From a virus: a DNA stretch of 64,000 bases. The stretch lies in the IMG/VR virus record IMGVR_UViG_3300003773_000042. The stretch is one strand, 5' to 3'. The position numbers and the translations under genes were made by a program. The first letter of the stretch is position 1. The number at the start of each line of letters is the position of its first letter. The notes beneath the pieces were generated by a model, which was not told the DNA's origin, did not search any database, and saw only the letters and a program-made list of their open reading frames with translations. Shown piece after piece: positions 18,724 to 27,459 of this stretch.

Positions 18724-20355
18724 ATGAAAAAACTGATTCTCTCCGCCCTGATTGCAAGCGCACTGGCGGGATGCGCGTCGTTCCCTGATAACTATCAGAA
18801 GCCGCTGGGCAATGAAGATATCACGGCGCAAAAGCGCGACGAGTGGGGCGATATCCCGGATGTCACGTTCGTGCAGTCCAAGGGTGGTATCGCTGTTCGC
18901 AAGTACAACGAAATTCCGGCGGCGGTCCGTGAAAAGGTCGTGAACCTGTCGTTCGACGCCGGCACCAAGCCCACCGTCAGCGACGTGGTGTTTGCGCTGA
19001 GCGCACAAGGCTTCCGCCTGATTTCGCGCCTGGACGACGACACCATGAAGAAGGAATTCACCACTCGCTCGTTCCAGGGTAATGCAGGTGAGCTGCTGAA
19101 CGAAATCAGCGACACCTACAACGTGGCCTACGAATACCGCAATGGCGCCGTGTACCTGGTTGAGAGCAACAAGTTCTCAGCCTCGCTGCCGCAGCACAAG
19201 GATTTCATGGCGAACGTGGAGAAAGCTCTGAAAGAACTGGGCGCCACCGAAACCCGCTCGGACGTTTTGTCCGGCCAGGTGTACTACCGCGCTAAGCCTG
19301 ATGTGGCAGAGTACGTGGCCGAGTACCTGGACACCATTGCAAAGAACGCCGCCATGGTGAAACTGCAAGTCGCCGTGCTGACCGTCAGCATGAACCGCGA
19401 CGTTAACCTGGGCTTTGATTGGGCCAAACTGGCTGTTCAGCGTGGTTCGGGCGGCATGACCTCGGAACTGGGCAATATCTTCAACAACGGCACAAACACG
19501 GGTGCCGGAACCGGCACCAACACCGGTACTGGTTCGGCTGGCTCCAACGGTTCCACCGGCAGCAATACTGCCAATAACGGAACCACTGGCAACACCGGCA
19601 GTACAGGCACTGGCTCCGTGGTCACGGATACAGCCAAGAAGCTGGTGACCGGTTCGCTGGCCAGCTTCATCGGTAGCGATGGCTTTGGCTACAAGTTTGC
19701 CAACGACGCGTTCAGCCTGACCGCAGCGCTCAAGGCATTGTCGACCTACGGCAACGCGCGCACCGAGCAGAATGTGGTGCTAAGCACGCTGTCCGGCCTG
19801 CAGGTGAAAATCAGCTCGGGCGACGACATCCCGTACGTGAAGTCGATTGGTTCGGCTACCGCGGCCGGCGGCGCAACCACTGGTTCGTCGCAGACCGACG
19901 TCATCAAGTCGGGCCTGAAACTGGATGTCACGCCGCAATTCGATTCGTCGGACGGCAGTCTGGTGACCCAGGTGAAGGTCGACATGTCCACGCTGGTAGG
20001 CTTCCGCGAACTGTCCGCCGGCCAGAATCTGGGCACCATGTCCCAGCCGCAGATGAAGAACCTGGGCTTCGAGAACTTCGGCCGCTTGATGGCCGGCGAA
20101 ACCATCATTGTTGGCGGTATCACTTACGACCAGCTGTCGAACAACTACACCAACTTCCCAGGCATGGAGAAGATGGCTATGGGCAGCAAGGCCGAGAAGG
20201 TGACCCGCAACGCCATCTACATCGTGATTCGCCCAACGGTGCTGATTTTCACGCCTAAGGCCAACGAATACAACGCCAAGCTGCTTGAATTGCGGGCGCA
20301 GCGCGAAGCTGAGAAGGCCGCTGGCGAGACTGCTAAGAAAAGCGAGGTGCGCTAA
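18724..20355 (+). CDS. Lipoprotein secretin (PilN/BfpB/GspD-like)
   Basis: Lipobox ALAGC; Gly/Thr/Ser-rich linker; secretin-type C-terminus (SGLKLDVTP, GETIIVGGI, IYIVIRP). Confidence 0.85.
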   Translation: MKKLILSALIASALAGCASFPDNYQKPLGNEDITAQKRDEWGDIPDVTFVQSKGGIAVRKYNEIPAAVREKVVNLSFDAGTKPTVSDVVFALSAQGFRLISRLDDDTMKKEFTTRSFQGNAGELLNEISDTYNVAYEYRNGAVYLVESNKFSASLPQHKDFMANVEKALKELGATETRSDVLSGQVYYRAKPDVAEYVAEYLDTIAKNAAMVKLQVAVLTVSMNRDVNLGFDWAKLAVQRGSGGMTSELGNIFNNGTNTGAGTGTNTGTGSAGSNGSTGSNTANNGTTGNTGSTGTGSVVTDTAKKLVTGSLASFIGSDGFGYKFANDAFSLTAALKALSTYGNARTEQNVVLSTLSGLQVKISSGDDIPYVKSIGSATAAGGATTGSSQTDVIKSGLKLDVTPQFDSSDGSLVTQVKVDMSTLVGFRELSAGQNLGTMSQPQMKNLGFENFGRLMAGETIIVGGITYDQLSNNYTNFPGMEKMAMGSKAEKVTRNAIYIVIRPTVLIFTPKANEYNAKLLELRAQREAEKAAGETAKKSEVR

Positions 20356-21155
20356 TGAAGGCGTTCTTTGACCGCCTGGACGCAAAGGCTGCTGCCTTCT
20401 TCAAAAGCAAGTTCAAGAAGGCTCCGAAGACTGCGACTCCCATTGCACCTGAAGACCTGGGCGCGCCCATCGTCATCATGATGGGTTCGCTCTCTGGCTG
20501 CACCATGAAGGATGCAGTGGCGTACGTGCGTGGTCTGGCCGAAACCTACATCACGGCCCATGAAGTAGGGCGCATGCGGGTCTTTGAAGACAAGCCGCGC
20601 GGCCGCTTCATCTACGAGCTGCACGAAGGTGGGCCAGGTCGGTCAATCGCCGACAAGGTGCTCGAGCAGCTGGTCGAAGAAAAGAAGGTGCGCATCGAGC
20701 TCATCAACGGTGCACACGTGGTCATCGAAGAAACGCACGGCGAGATTTTCTCGCTGGTGTACCCAGCCGCCGATGAGGAGCTGCCCCAGCACCTCTCGGG
20801 GCTGGAAGCTGTCGAAGATGAGAGCGTTCTCTGGAACATTGAAGACCTGTGCAGCACGGAGCCGCTGAAAGAGTTGTACCCGCAGAATAAGAAGCTGGTG
20901 CACATCGGCGCGGTGTTCTTGGGTATCTCGATTGCTGCATTCATCCTGACAGGCGGTATCTATACTGTCCTGAAATCCGGGATGCTCGACAGCGACGCAG
21001 TGCTCAGCCAAGCAAAGGCTGGTCACGTCGGCGACGCCGTCGACAACCCGGTTTGGCAACTCGACAAAGCCCGTATGGCAGCAGACGCACAAGGCAAGAC
21101 CGTGCGCACCTTGAAAAAGGGCGCAACTGGTTGGAGCTGGGAGATTGAAAAGTGA
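20355..21155 (+). CDS. Pilus accessory inner-membrane protein (PilO-like)
   Basis: Translationally coupled to the secretin; single TM near the C-terminus. Confidence 0.55.
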   Translation: MKAFFDRLDAKAAAFFKSKFKKAPKTATPIAPEDLGAPIVIMMGSLSGCTMKDAVAYVRGLAETYITAHEVGRMRVFEDKPRGRFIYELHEGGPGRSIADKVLEQLVEEKKVRIELINGAHVVIEETHGEIFSLVYPAADEELPQHLSGLEAVEDESVLWNIEDLCSTEPLKELYPQNKKLVHIGAVFLGISIAAFILTGGIYTVLKSGMLDSDAVLSQAKAGHVGDAVDNPVWQLDKARMAADAQGKTVRTLKKGATGWSWEIEK

Positions 21156-21517
21156 ACGCTTCGGTTATCGCTCAAAAAAATAACGGTCGGTTCTTCTTCA
21201 CGTCCCTGGCTTTTGCTGTCGTGCTGATTGCCGTATCTGGTTTCTTCGTGAACGGCATGTTCTCGAACGACACCAGCGGCATTGACGCCTCGACGAAGGT
21301 CTGTTTGTCCGCCATGCGCACCAATGGCTTCAATCCGACTGTTAAGGACGATGAGTTGACCGTCAAGTTGGCAACGACGACAAATGTTGAAAGCACGGTA
21401 TACAAATCGGGCGTAATCATCGCTAGTTGTCCTGCCTATACTTTGAACGACTACTGCGCTGGCGCAGGATGTCAAACCCCTGGTGTGAATTTTACCCTCA
21501 AGAAAAAGGATTTCTAA
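21152..21517 (+). CDS. Membrane-anchored pilus accessory protein
   Basis: N-terminal TM and four Cys; GTGA overlap with the upstream gene. Confidence 0.65.
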   Translation: MNASVIAQKNNGRFFFTSLAFAVVLIAVSGFFVNGMFSNDTSGIDASTKVCLSAMRTNGFNPTVKDDELTVKLATTTNVESTVYKSGVIIASCPAYTLNDYCAGAGCQTPGVNFTLKKKDF

Positions 21518-21520
21518 AAG

Positions 21521-21976
21521 ATGTTTTCCCTGATTATCGCAATCGTATCTATCGCTCTGGTTGTTGCTCTGGTTGCAGCCACCATGTACCACGGTGGTGA
21601 CACCCTGACCCAAGGCCGTACCACTGCTGATGCTGCTGCTTTCGTGTCCGGCGCCCAGCAAATCGCCGGCGCACAAGTGATGCACCTGTCCCTGGACGGC
21701 GTTGCTGCTTCGTCCGTCTCCGGCGGCACCGCCGGCACCGACCTGGTGCTGGACAAGTACCTGGCCTCGTCCCCAGTGGTTAAGGGCGCTGCATGGGGCC
21801 TGGACACCACCAACAAGCTGGTGACCAACACCGTGACCGCCGACGCCGTGTGCACCCAAATCAACAAGTCCGCTGGCGTGGCCGCTGCTAAGCAGAGCGC
21901 CGCCGCTGTCGCCGACTTCGCCGGCCTGCCATACGGCTGCGAATCCGCAACCAAGACCTTCCAGTTCAAGTACTAA
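21521..21976 (+). CDS. Type IV pilin-like protein, leaderless (copy 1)
   Basis: MFSLIIAIVSIALVVALVAATMY hydrophobic helix, C-terminal Cys pair; in-frame TAA at 21515. Confidence 0.85.
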   Translation: MFSLIIAIVSIALVVALVAATMYHGGDTLTQGRTTADAAAFVSGAQQIAGAQVMHLSLDGVAASSVSGGTAGTDLVLDKYLASSPVVKGAAWGLDTTNKLVTNTVTADAVCTQINKSAGVAAAKQSAAAVADFAGLPYGCESATKTFQFKY

Positions 21977-22038
21977 TTGAACTGCGCCGGAGTGGTGACA
22001 CTCCGGCATTCGTAGCCCCTCTTCATTAGGTAGACCCC

Positions 22039-22239
22039 ATGGATTTCATCAAGTTGGCACGACGTGCTGATGCCGTCATCGGACTGGTTTTTTTGGCTCT
22101 TGCTGCTTACTGGATTACCCATGGCACTTATCTCTGGGGCGGGGCTTCTCTGATTTCTGCGGTTGCGAGTTTCGCGTCCGCCAAGTACGTGCCCGCACGG
22201 TGGCTGGTAAAGCGGCTGATGCTGGCGCGGTTGAAATGA
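22039..22239 (+). CDS. Small two-TM membrane protein
   Basis: TAGG RBS, two hydrophobic segments, inside the pilus cluster. Confidence 0.65.
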   Translation: MDFIKLARRADAVIGLVFLALAAYWITHGTYLWGGASLISAVASFASAKYVPARWLVKRLMLARLK

Positions 22240-22256
22240 ACTGAACGGATAACACC

Positions 22257-22691
22257 ATGTTTTCACTCATTATCGCCATCGTCGCGGTTGCTCTTATCGT
22301 GTTGCTCGTAGTCGCAACGATGTACCACGGCGGCACCGATTCGCTTACTAAAGGTAAGCAGGAGGCCGAAGTGGCTCGTTCGCTGAACGAAGTCTCGCAA
22401 ATCAAAGCTGCGCTGACCCAGTACCATGCGGACACCGACACCCACGCTACGACTCTGCAGGACCTGGTGCCGAAATACCTATCGTCGGTACCAACCGGCT
22501 GGGGCGTTGAAGTCCCAAGCCAAGTTGCATTCGAATCGAGCCGTCTGCTCGTGGGCAGTGAAGCCCAAAAGCTGGACTCCTGCAAGGAAATCAACGGCCG
22601 CCTGGGCAAGACCGGCGAACCGCCTTCCTGTGCGGACATCGAATCGGACTTCACGGGTTGCTGTGTGGTGCCAGAAGGCGCCAGCAACTAA
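22257..22691 (+). CDS. Minor pilin-like protein, leaderless
   Basis: MFSLIIAIVAVALIVLLVVATMYHGG N-terminus paralogous to 21521; LVPKYLSSVP motif; in-frame TGA at 22242. Confidence 0.8.
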   Translation: MFSLIIAIVAVALIVLLVVATMYHGGTDSLTKGKQEAEVARSLNEVSQIKAALTQYHADTDTHATTLQDLVPKYLSSVPTGWGVEVPSQVAFESSRLLVGSEAQKLDSCKEINGRLGKTGEPPSCADIESDFTGCCVVPEGASN

Positions 22692-22770
22692 ACCACGAAA
22701 CCGTGGAGCAAACAGGCCCCTCCTTGCGAGGGGCTTGTCATATCTGGGCTACTAAATATATGCCTATTCT

Positions 22771-22787
22771 TTCTTCCTATACTAAAA
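22771..22787 (+). promoter_or_regulatory. 17-bp promoter-like element TTCTTCCTATACTAAAA (copy 2)
   Basis: Identical to 17823-17839; 30 bp upstream of the ATPase start. Confidence 0.65.
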
Positions 22788-22817
22788 GCTCAAACTTGCG
22801 GTATTTAGGAGAAATAG

Positions 22818-24287
22818 TTGGATAAGATTTTGGGAGAGCTGCTGCTCAAACGCGGCCTAATCACGAGCGCGATGCTTGGTGCGGCCATCATGGAGCAGTC
22901 CGTGACCAAGGAACGCCTCGGAAAAGTCCTTGTACGCAATGGCTTTTTGCGCCAGGATGAATTGCTGCTGTTGATGCGGGAAATCAACCCCAACTCGATG
23001 CACGATGAAGGGGTTTTTGAAACGACCATCCCCGCCAGCATTCTCATCAACAGCCGCACGATGATTGTGGCGCTGGTTGAAGGCACCATCTACCTCAGCA
23101 CATTGTCCTCGCCGCATGTGGTGCGGCGCCTCATCGAGCCATTCACGGCCGGCCAGCGGATTGAGTTCACCGCGGCCAATCCGGTCCGTATGCAGGAATA
23201 TTTCCTGCAGCTGAACGAGAGCACCGACACCAGCAACATGTTGTCCTGGGAGCGCATCTTCTATGAAGCGATGCAGCTTGGTTCTTCGGACATCCACATC
23301 ATTCCGCGGTACGCCAGCTACACGGTCATGCTCCGCCGGGACGGCATTTTGACCATCACCCATGAGGGCACTCGAGACGAGTACACCGCGCTCGTCAGCC
23401 GCGTCAAAGACTTGTCCAAGATGGACATGGCCGAGCGCCGGCGCCCGCAGGATGGTAGTTTTTCGATGGACTATTCGGGACGCGTCGTTAACTTCCGCGT
23501 GTCGACTAATCCAACCGTCGATGGCGAATCGATGGTTGTTCGTATTCTGGACCCAGATGCGGTCAACAAGAAAATGGATAGCCTGGGTATCACCCACCTG
23601 GAACTGTGGCGCAAGGCTGTTTCTTATCCTAACGGACTGTGCCTGATTTGCGGACCTACTGGTTCAGGCAAGACGACTACGCTGGCGGCTACTGCGCGCG
23701 AGATGAACTTCCTTGAGCGGGCCATCTGTACGGTTGAAGACCCAGTCGAGAACCGCATTCCCTACGCTCGCCAGGTGAACGTCAACCCCTCGGTTGGACT
23801 CGACTTTGCAACTGCTATTCGCGCCTTCATGCGTCAGGACCCGGACGTCATCATTACTGGTGAAATCCGTGACATCGAGACGGCTCGCAATGCGCTGAAG
23901 GCCAGTGAGACTGGTCACTTGTCCCTGGGCACGCTGCACACCAACTCGATTCGCTCAACGATGACCCGTCTTCGCGACATCGGCGTCCAGCCATTCGAGT
24001 TGCTGCACTTGCTACGCGGAGTCATGGTCCAAAAGCTTATGCGCGTTTACTGTACGAGCTGCCAGGGTAAGGGTTGCAAGGCCTGCGGCCGGACGGGCTA
24101 TCGCGGGCGTGAAGTAATTTCGGAAGTGGCTGCCTTTGACAGCGAAGAGGAAGTTCAAGCATGCATCGACGGCAAGATTAGCTGGATGACGCTCGAGCAG
24201 GATGCCAAAGCAAAGGTGCTTGCTGGTCGCACCTCAGAAGCTGAATTTGAGCGCGTACTGGGTAAAAAACTTTCTGACATCAAATGA
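22818..24287 (+). CDS. PilB/GspE-family assembly ATPase
   Basis: GPTGSGKTTT, TVEDPVE, RQDPDVIITGEIRD, TLHTN, CxxC-CxxC. Confidence 0.95.
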   Translation: MDKILGELLLKRGLITSAMLGAAIMEQSVTKERLGKVLVRNGFLRQDELLLLMREINPNSMHDEGVFETTIPASILINSRTMIVALVEGTIYLSTLSSPHVVRRLIEPFTAGQRIEFTAANPVRMQEYFLQLNESTDTSNMLSWERIFYEAMQLGSSDIHIIPRYASYTVMLRRDGILTITHEGTRDEYTALVSRVKDLSKMDMAERRRPQDGSFSMDYSGRVVNFRVSTNPTVDGESMVVRILDPDAVNKKMDSLGITHLELWRKAVSYPNGLCLICGPTGSGKTTTLAATAREMNFLERAICTVEDPVENRIPYARQVNVNPSVGLDFATAIRAFMRQDPDVIITGEIRDIETARNALKASETGHLSLGTLHTNSIRSTMTRLRDIGVQPFELLHLLRGVMVQKLMRVYCTSCQGKGCKACGRTGYRGREVISEVAAFDSEEEVQACIDGKISWMTLEQDAKAKVLAGRTSEAEFERVLGKKLSDIK

Positions 24288-25462
24288 AGAACTTCAAAGT
24301 AAAAATCGCGGCTGGCCGTAAAGTCGCTGAGCTGACCATTCCTGCACAAAACGCGGCTGACGCGCGGAAGCAAGCTTCGAAGCGAGGCCAGGTACTATCC
24401 GTCACTTCGGCCGGCGGAGGCTCGAACAGCCGGTTGTCCCTGGCGGACCGCCTGATGTTCTTCCAGCGCCTGGCCTCGATGCTCAGTTCTAAGGTTGGCG
24501 CATCTGAAGCACTAGAAATCATCTACCAGTCGTTCACGGGCTCCATCCGCGAGGCTGCGCGAATGCTGCGGGACTCCATCGTAGGTGGCGCGACCCTCCA
24601 CGAAGCAATGGAACAGGCCGGGCCTAAGTTCTTCCCTGAAACGGTCGTTGCCATTGTGAAGACCGGTTCGCGCGGCGGTGACCTTTCGTTCGCCATCCGT
24701 GAAGCCGCTCGCTTCGAAAGCGAGCTGGCGCAGGTGCGAAAGGACTCCAGCCGCGGCATTGGCAGTGCGCTGGCCGGCTTCTTTGCAGGCGTTGTTACCA
24801 TCCTGGCGTCGACTTACTATGTGGCGCCGATGATTCTCAATTCCAGCCTGGTTGAAGCGACGGGCGGCTCAGACGTTGGCTGGATTATGACCATGGCGAA
24901 CGTCATCTCCCTCATTGCTTTGATTGTGTCGGTCATCATGGGCGGTGTGTTTTTCTACGGAGTGGTTGTTCGACCATTTGCGCCGGCCGCTGTCGACCGC
25001 GGCATTCTCCGGATTCCATTCTATCGGGATATGGCGCTGGCCAAGACCAACTACATGGTGTTCTTCGGCCTGGCGGTTCTGCTGAAGGCAGGCTTGCGTG
25101 TTGAGGAGGCCCTGGAGCTCACGATTGATGCGGCGCCAAAGGGTGAGCTGCGCAATGACCTGGAGCGCGCGTTGAAGGCAATCGTAAAGGGTAGTCCGAA
25201 GCCATGGCCTTATTACATGACGATGCTGCACCCTACGGACAAGGCGGCACTGGCCACCGCACAGGACCGCACCCAGACCGCACGAACGATTGAAGAACTG
25301 GCGGTGACCTATCAGAGCCTGTATCGCACCCGCCTGGAGCTGTTCGTGCCTGTCGTACAGATTTTTTCGGCAATTTTCCTGGCACTGGCCGGCTTCGTGC
25401 TGTTCGGCGTGTCCGTAGTTCCGCTGATGCAGACCACTTCTTCGATTATGAAAATGCTCTAA
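24284..25462 (+). CDS. PilC/GspF-family platform protein
   Basis: Three TM segments, GspF-like repeats (FFQRLASML, FFGLAVLLKAGL); ATGA overlap with the ATPase. Confidence 0.85.
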   Translation: MKNFKVKIAAGRKVAELTIPAQNAADARKQASKRGQVLSVTSAGGGSNSRLSLADRLMFFQRLASMLSSKVGASEALEIIYQSFTGSIREAARMLRDSIVGGATLHEAMEQAGPKFFPETVVAIVKTGSRGGDLSFAIREAARFESELAQVRKDSSRGIGSALAGFFAGVVTILASTYYVAPMILNSSLVEATGGSDVGWIMTMANVISLIALIVSVIMGGVFFYGVVVRPFAPAAVDRGILRIPFYRDMALAKTNYMVFFGLAVLLKAGLRVEEALELTIDAAPKGELRNDLERALKAIVKGSPKPWPYYMTMLHPTDKAALATAQDRTQTARTIEELAVTYQSLYRTRLELFVPVVQIFSAIFLALAGFVLFGVSVVPLMQTTSSIMKML

Positions 25463-25465
25463 GCC

Positions 25466-25963
25466 ATGATTAACCTCATCATCATCATCATCAGCATCGG
25501 CTTGCTGGCCGCCGTAACGGCAGCAACGCTTAACTACGTGCCTTTCGATGCGCACTTGCGCCAGCTGATGCAAACGGAAGCTGGCCAGGGTGTGAAAAGT
25601 CTCGAGCAAGCAGTTTCCCGTTACCTTGTGACCCATCGTGACGTGGACGGCAACATCGAGTACCCAGGCGACGGCGTGAACATGGTTGCTGCCGTGACGC
25701 CAACCTACGGCTTCCTGCCAGCGAACGTACGCAAGGAAATGACGTGGGACATCGCCACGGGCACCGTCAACGGACTGCCGGCCGTGGGCATCTGCTTGCG
25801 CCCGATTCTCACGTCGACTCCGATGCAGCGCGACATCATCAAGAGCCTGCAGGCCCAGATGCCAATCGGCTCGACCTTCGTGAGCACAAGCTGCTACGCC
25901 TCGAGCGACACCGCTGGCGGCAGCTATTTGACCCGCTGGGTGCCACTCGCTCACCTAAATTGA
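25466..25963 (+). CDS. Minor pilin-like protein, leaderless
   Basis: MINLIIIIISIGLLAAVTAATLNY hydrophobic N-terminus; in-frame TAA at 25460. Confidence 0.7.
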   Translation: MINLIIIIISIGLLAAVTAATLNYVPFDAHLRQLMQTEAGQGVKSLEQAVSRYLVTHRDVDGNIEYPGDGVNMVAAVTPTYGFLPANVRKEMTWDIATGTVNGLPAVGICLRPILTSTPMQRDIIKSLQAQMPIGSTFVSTSCYASSDTAGGSYLTRWVPLAHLN

Positions 25964-26130
25964 AAATTTTTGATTTCAAAAAGTCTCACTTTTTAAATGG
26001 AATTTGCTTGACAAAAGTGAGATTGTGTGAGTTTTCGTGAAAACATGCACATATTGCTCACTATACTAGTCATCGCCGGTGAGTTAACTGGCGAATTAAA
26101 TTCCTCAACACTTACAAAGGCTAACAACCC

Positions 26131-26586
26131 ATGTTTTCCCTGATTATCGCAATCGTTTCCATCGCTCTGGTCGTAGCACTCGTAGCAGCAACCATGTACC
26201 ACGGCGGCGACACCCTGACCCAGGGCCGCACCACCGCTGACGCCGCTGCGTTCGTTTCGGGCGCCCAGCAAATCGCCGGCGCACAAGTGATGCACCTGTC
26301 GCTGGAAGGCGTTGCCGCTTCGACCGTGGCCGGCGGCACTGCTGGCACCGACCTGGTGCTGGACAAGTACCTGGCTTCGTCCCCAGTGGTTAAGGGCGGC
26401 GCCTGGGCCCTGGACACCGCTGCGAAGCTGGTGACCAACTCCGTGACCACCGACGCGGTTTGCACCCAAATCAACAAGTCCGCTGGCGTGGCCGCTGCTA
26501 AGCAGAGCGCCGCCGCTGTTGCCGACTTCGCCGGCCTGCCATACGGCTGCGAATCCGCAACCAAGACCTTCCAGTTCAAGTACTAA
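26131..26586 (+). CDS. Type IV pilin-like protein, leaderless (copy 2)
   Basis: 142/151 aa identical to 21521-21976; own AT-rich promoter region with CTATACT at 26061; in-frame TAA at 26122. Confidence 0.85.
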   Translation: MFSLIIAIVSIALVVALVAATMYHGGDTLTQGRTTADAAAFVSGAQQIAGAQVMHLSLEGVAASTVAGGTAGTDLVLDKYLASSPVVKGGAWALDTAAKLVTNSVTTDAVCTQINKSAGVAAAKQSAAAVADFAGLPYGCESATKTFQFKY

Positions 26587-26635
26587 GAACTGGGACCTGG
26601 CCAGGCAACCTGGCCAAGGCCAAACAGTACAGGGG

Positions 26636-26667
26636 AAGCCCTCGGATTCGTCCGGGGGCTTTTCTTT
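26636..26667 (+). terminator. Intrinsic terminator after pilin copy 2
   Basis: AAGCCCTCGGA-TTCG-TCCGGGGCTTTTCTTTT. Confidence 0.7.
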
Positions 26668-26838
26668 TGTGGGAATCGATAGTGAGGTCCTGAGGCGCGA
26701 GCGAGAAGAGCGCTTACGTGATTCGGCGCCTCAGCCTGGCTGCGAGTGTTGTGTTCATACAAAACTACACTTTTTTGGTACGACCATGCACCTATACGGA
26801 GTTGCAGCAATTTTGCTGAACTACATAGGACATACTCA

Positions 26839-27153
26839 ATGACTACAACTGAAGCAGCCCTGCGCCGCGCATTATTCGCTTGTCACGCTCTCTTGGCCGA
26901 ACAGAAAGGCCAACTGCAGTGTACGTCGATAGATGAGGCACTCAGCCAAGCTGAGAGGGCGCTTGCACTTGAAGTTACGCCGATGCCGGTATTCATCGTC
27001 AGCGGCAAATTCGTGCGCGGGCCATCGCGCCCAGAAGGTTCTGGTATCAAGGAGATGGTATTCCAGCTCCCTTGCACCAAGACCGCACGCATGACCGCGA
27101 ATAACTTGAATTCGTTATTCGCTCGATTTTTCCCCCAGCAGGCCAATACTTGA
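26839..27153 (+). CDS. Hypothetical protein
   Basis: CTATACGG at 26792, AGGA RBS. Confidence 0.65.
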   Translation: MTTTEAALRRALFACHALLAEQKGQLQCTSIDEALSQAERALALEVTPMPVFIVSGKFVRGPSRPEGSGIKEMVFQLPCTKTARMTANNLNSLFARFFPQQANT

Positions 27154-27217
27154 CCTCACTCTAAGCGCCGCCATCTCTGGTGGCGCTTCTTTGTGACGAT
27201 TACGCTATCCAGCGCGG

Positions 27218-27454
27218 TTATGGATTGTTTGGCAGCCAGTAAGGTAGGAAGCCATCTGAGTTCTTGCGGCACTGGGCTTTTTCCGCCTCGGACCAATTGT
27301 CATAATAGGGCTGCGACCACTGGCGGCCATTCCACCAGCGCCGAACTCGAGGGCTCGCCTCACCAGGCACCAGAGCGGCTCGATACTCCCCGGATTCAGC
27401 TGGCTGGACGTGTGGGGGCTGCCATGCGAGTTCCTTTGAGTCGTGTTTTGTCAT
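27218..27454 (-). CDS. Small phage-like hypothetical protein (Trp-rich)
   Basis: WQPP..QP..SGEY..RRWWNGRQWS; co-oriented with the MTase. Confidence 0.6.
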   Translation of the reverse strand: MTKHDSKELAWQPPHVQPAESGEYRAALVPGEASPRVRRWWNGRQWSQPYYDNWSEAEKAQCRKNSDGFLPYWLPNNP

Positions 27455-27459
27455 ATTGG

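Noticed and set aside
21152-21976. Stop read-through supplying a leader to pilin copy 1 (same frame, TAA-AAG-ATG)
   Set aside because: The junction lacks the Gly(-1) cleavage site, and the near-identical copy 2 has no such upstream gene.
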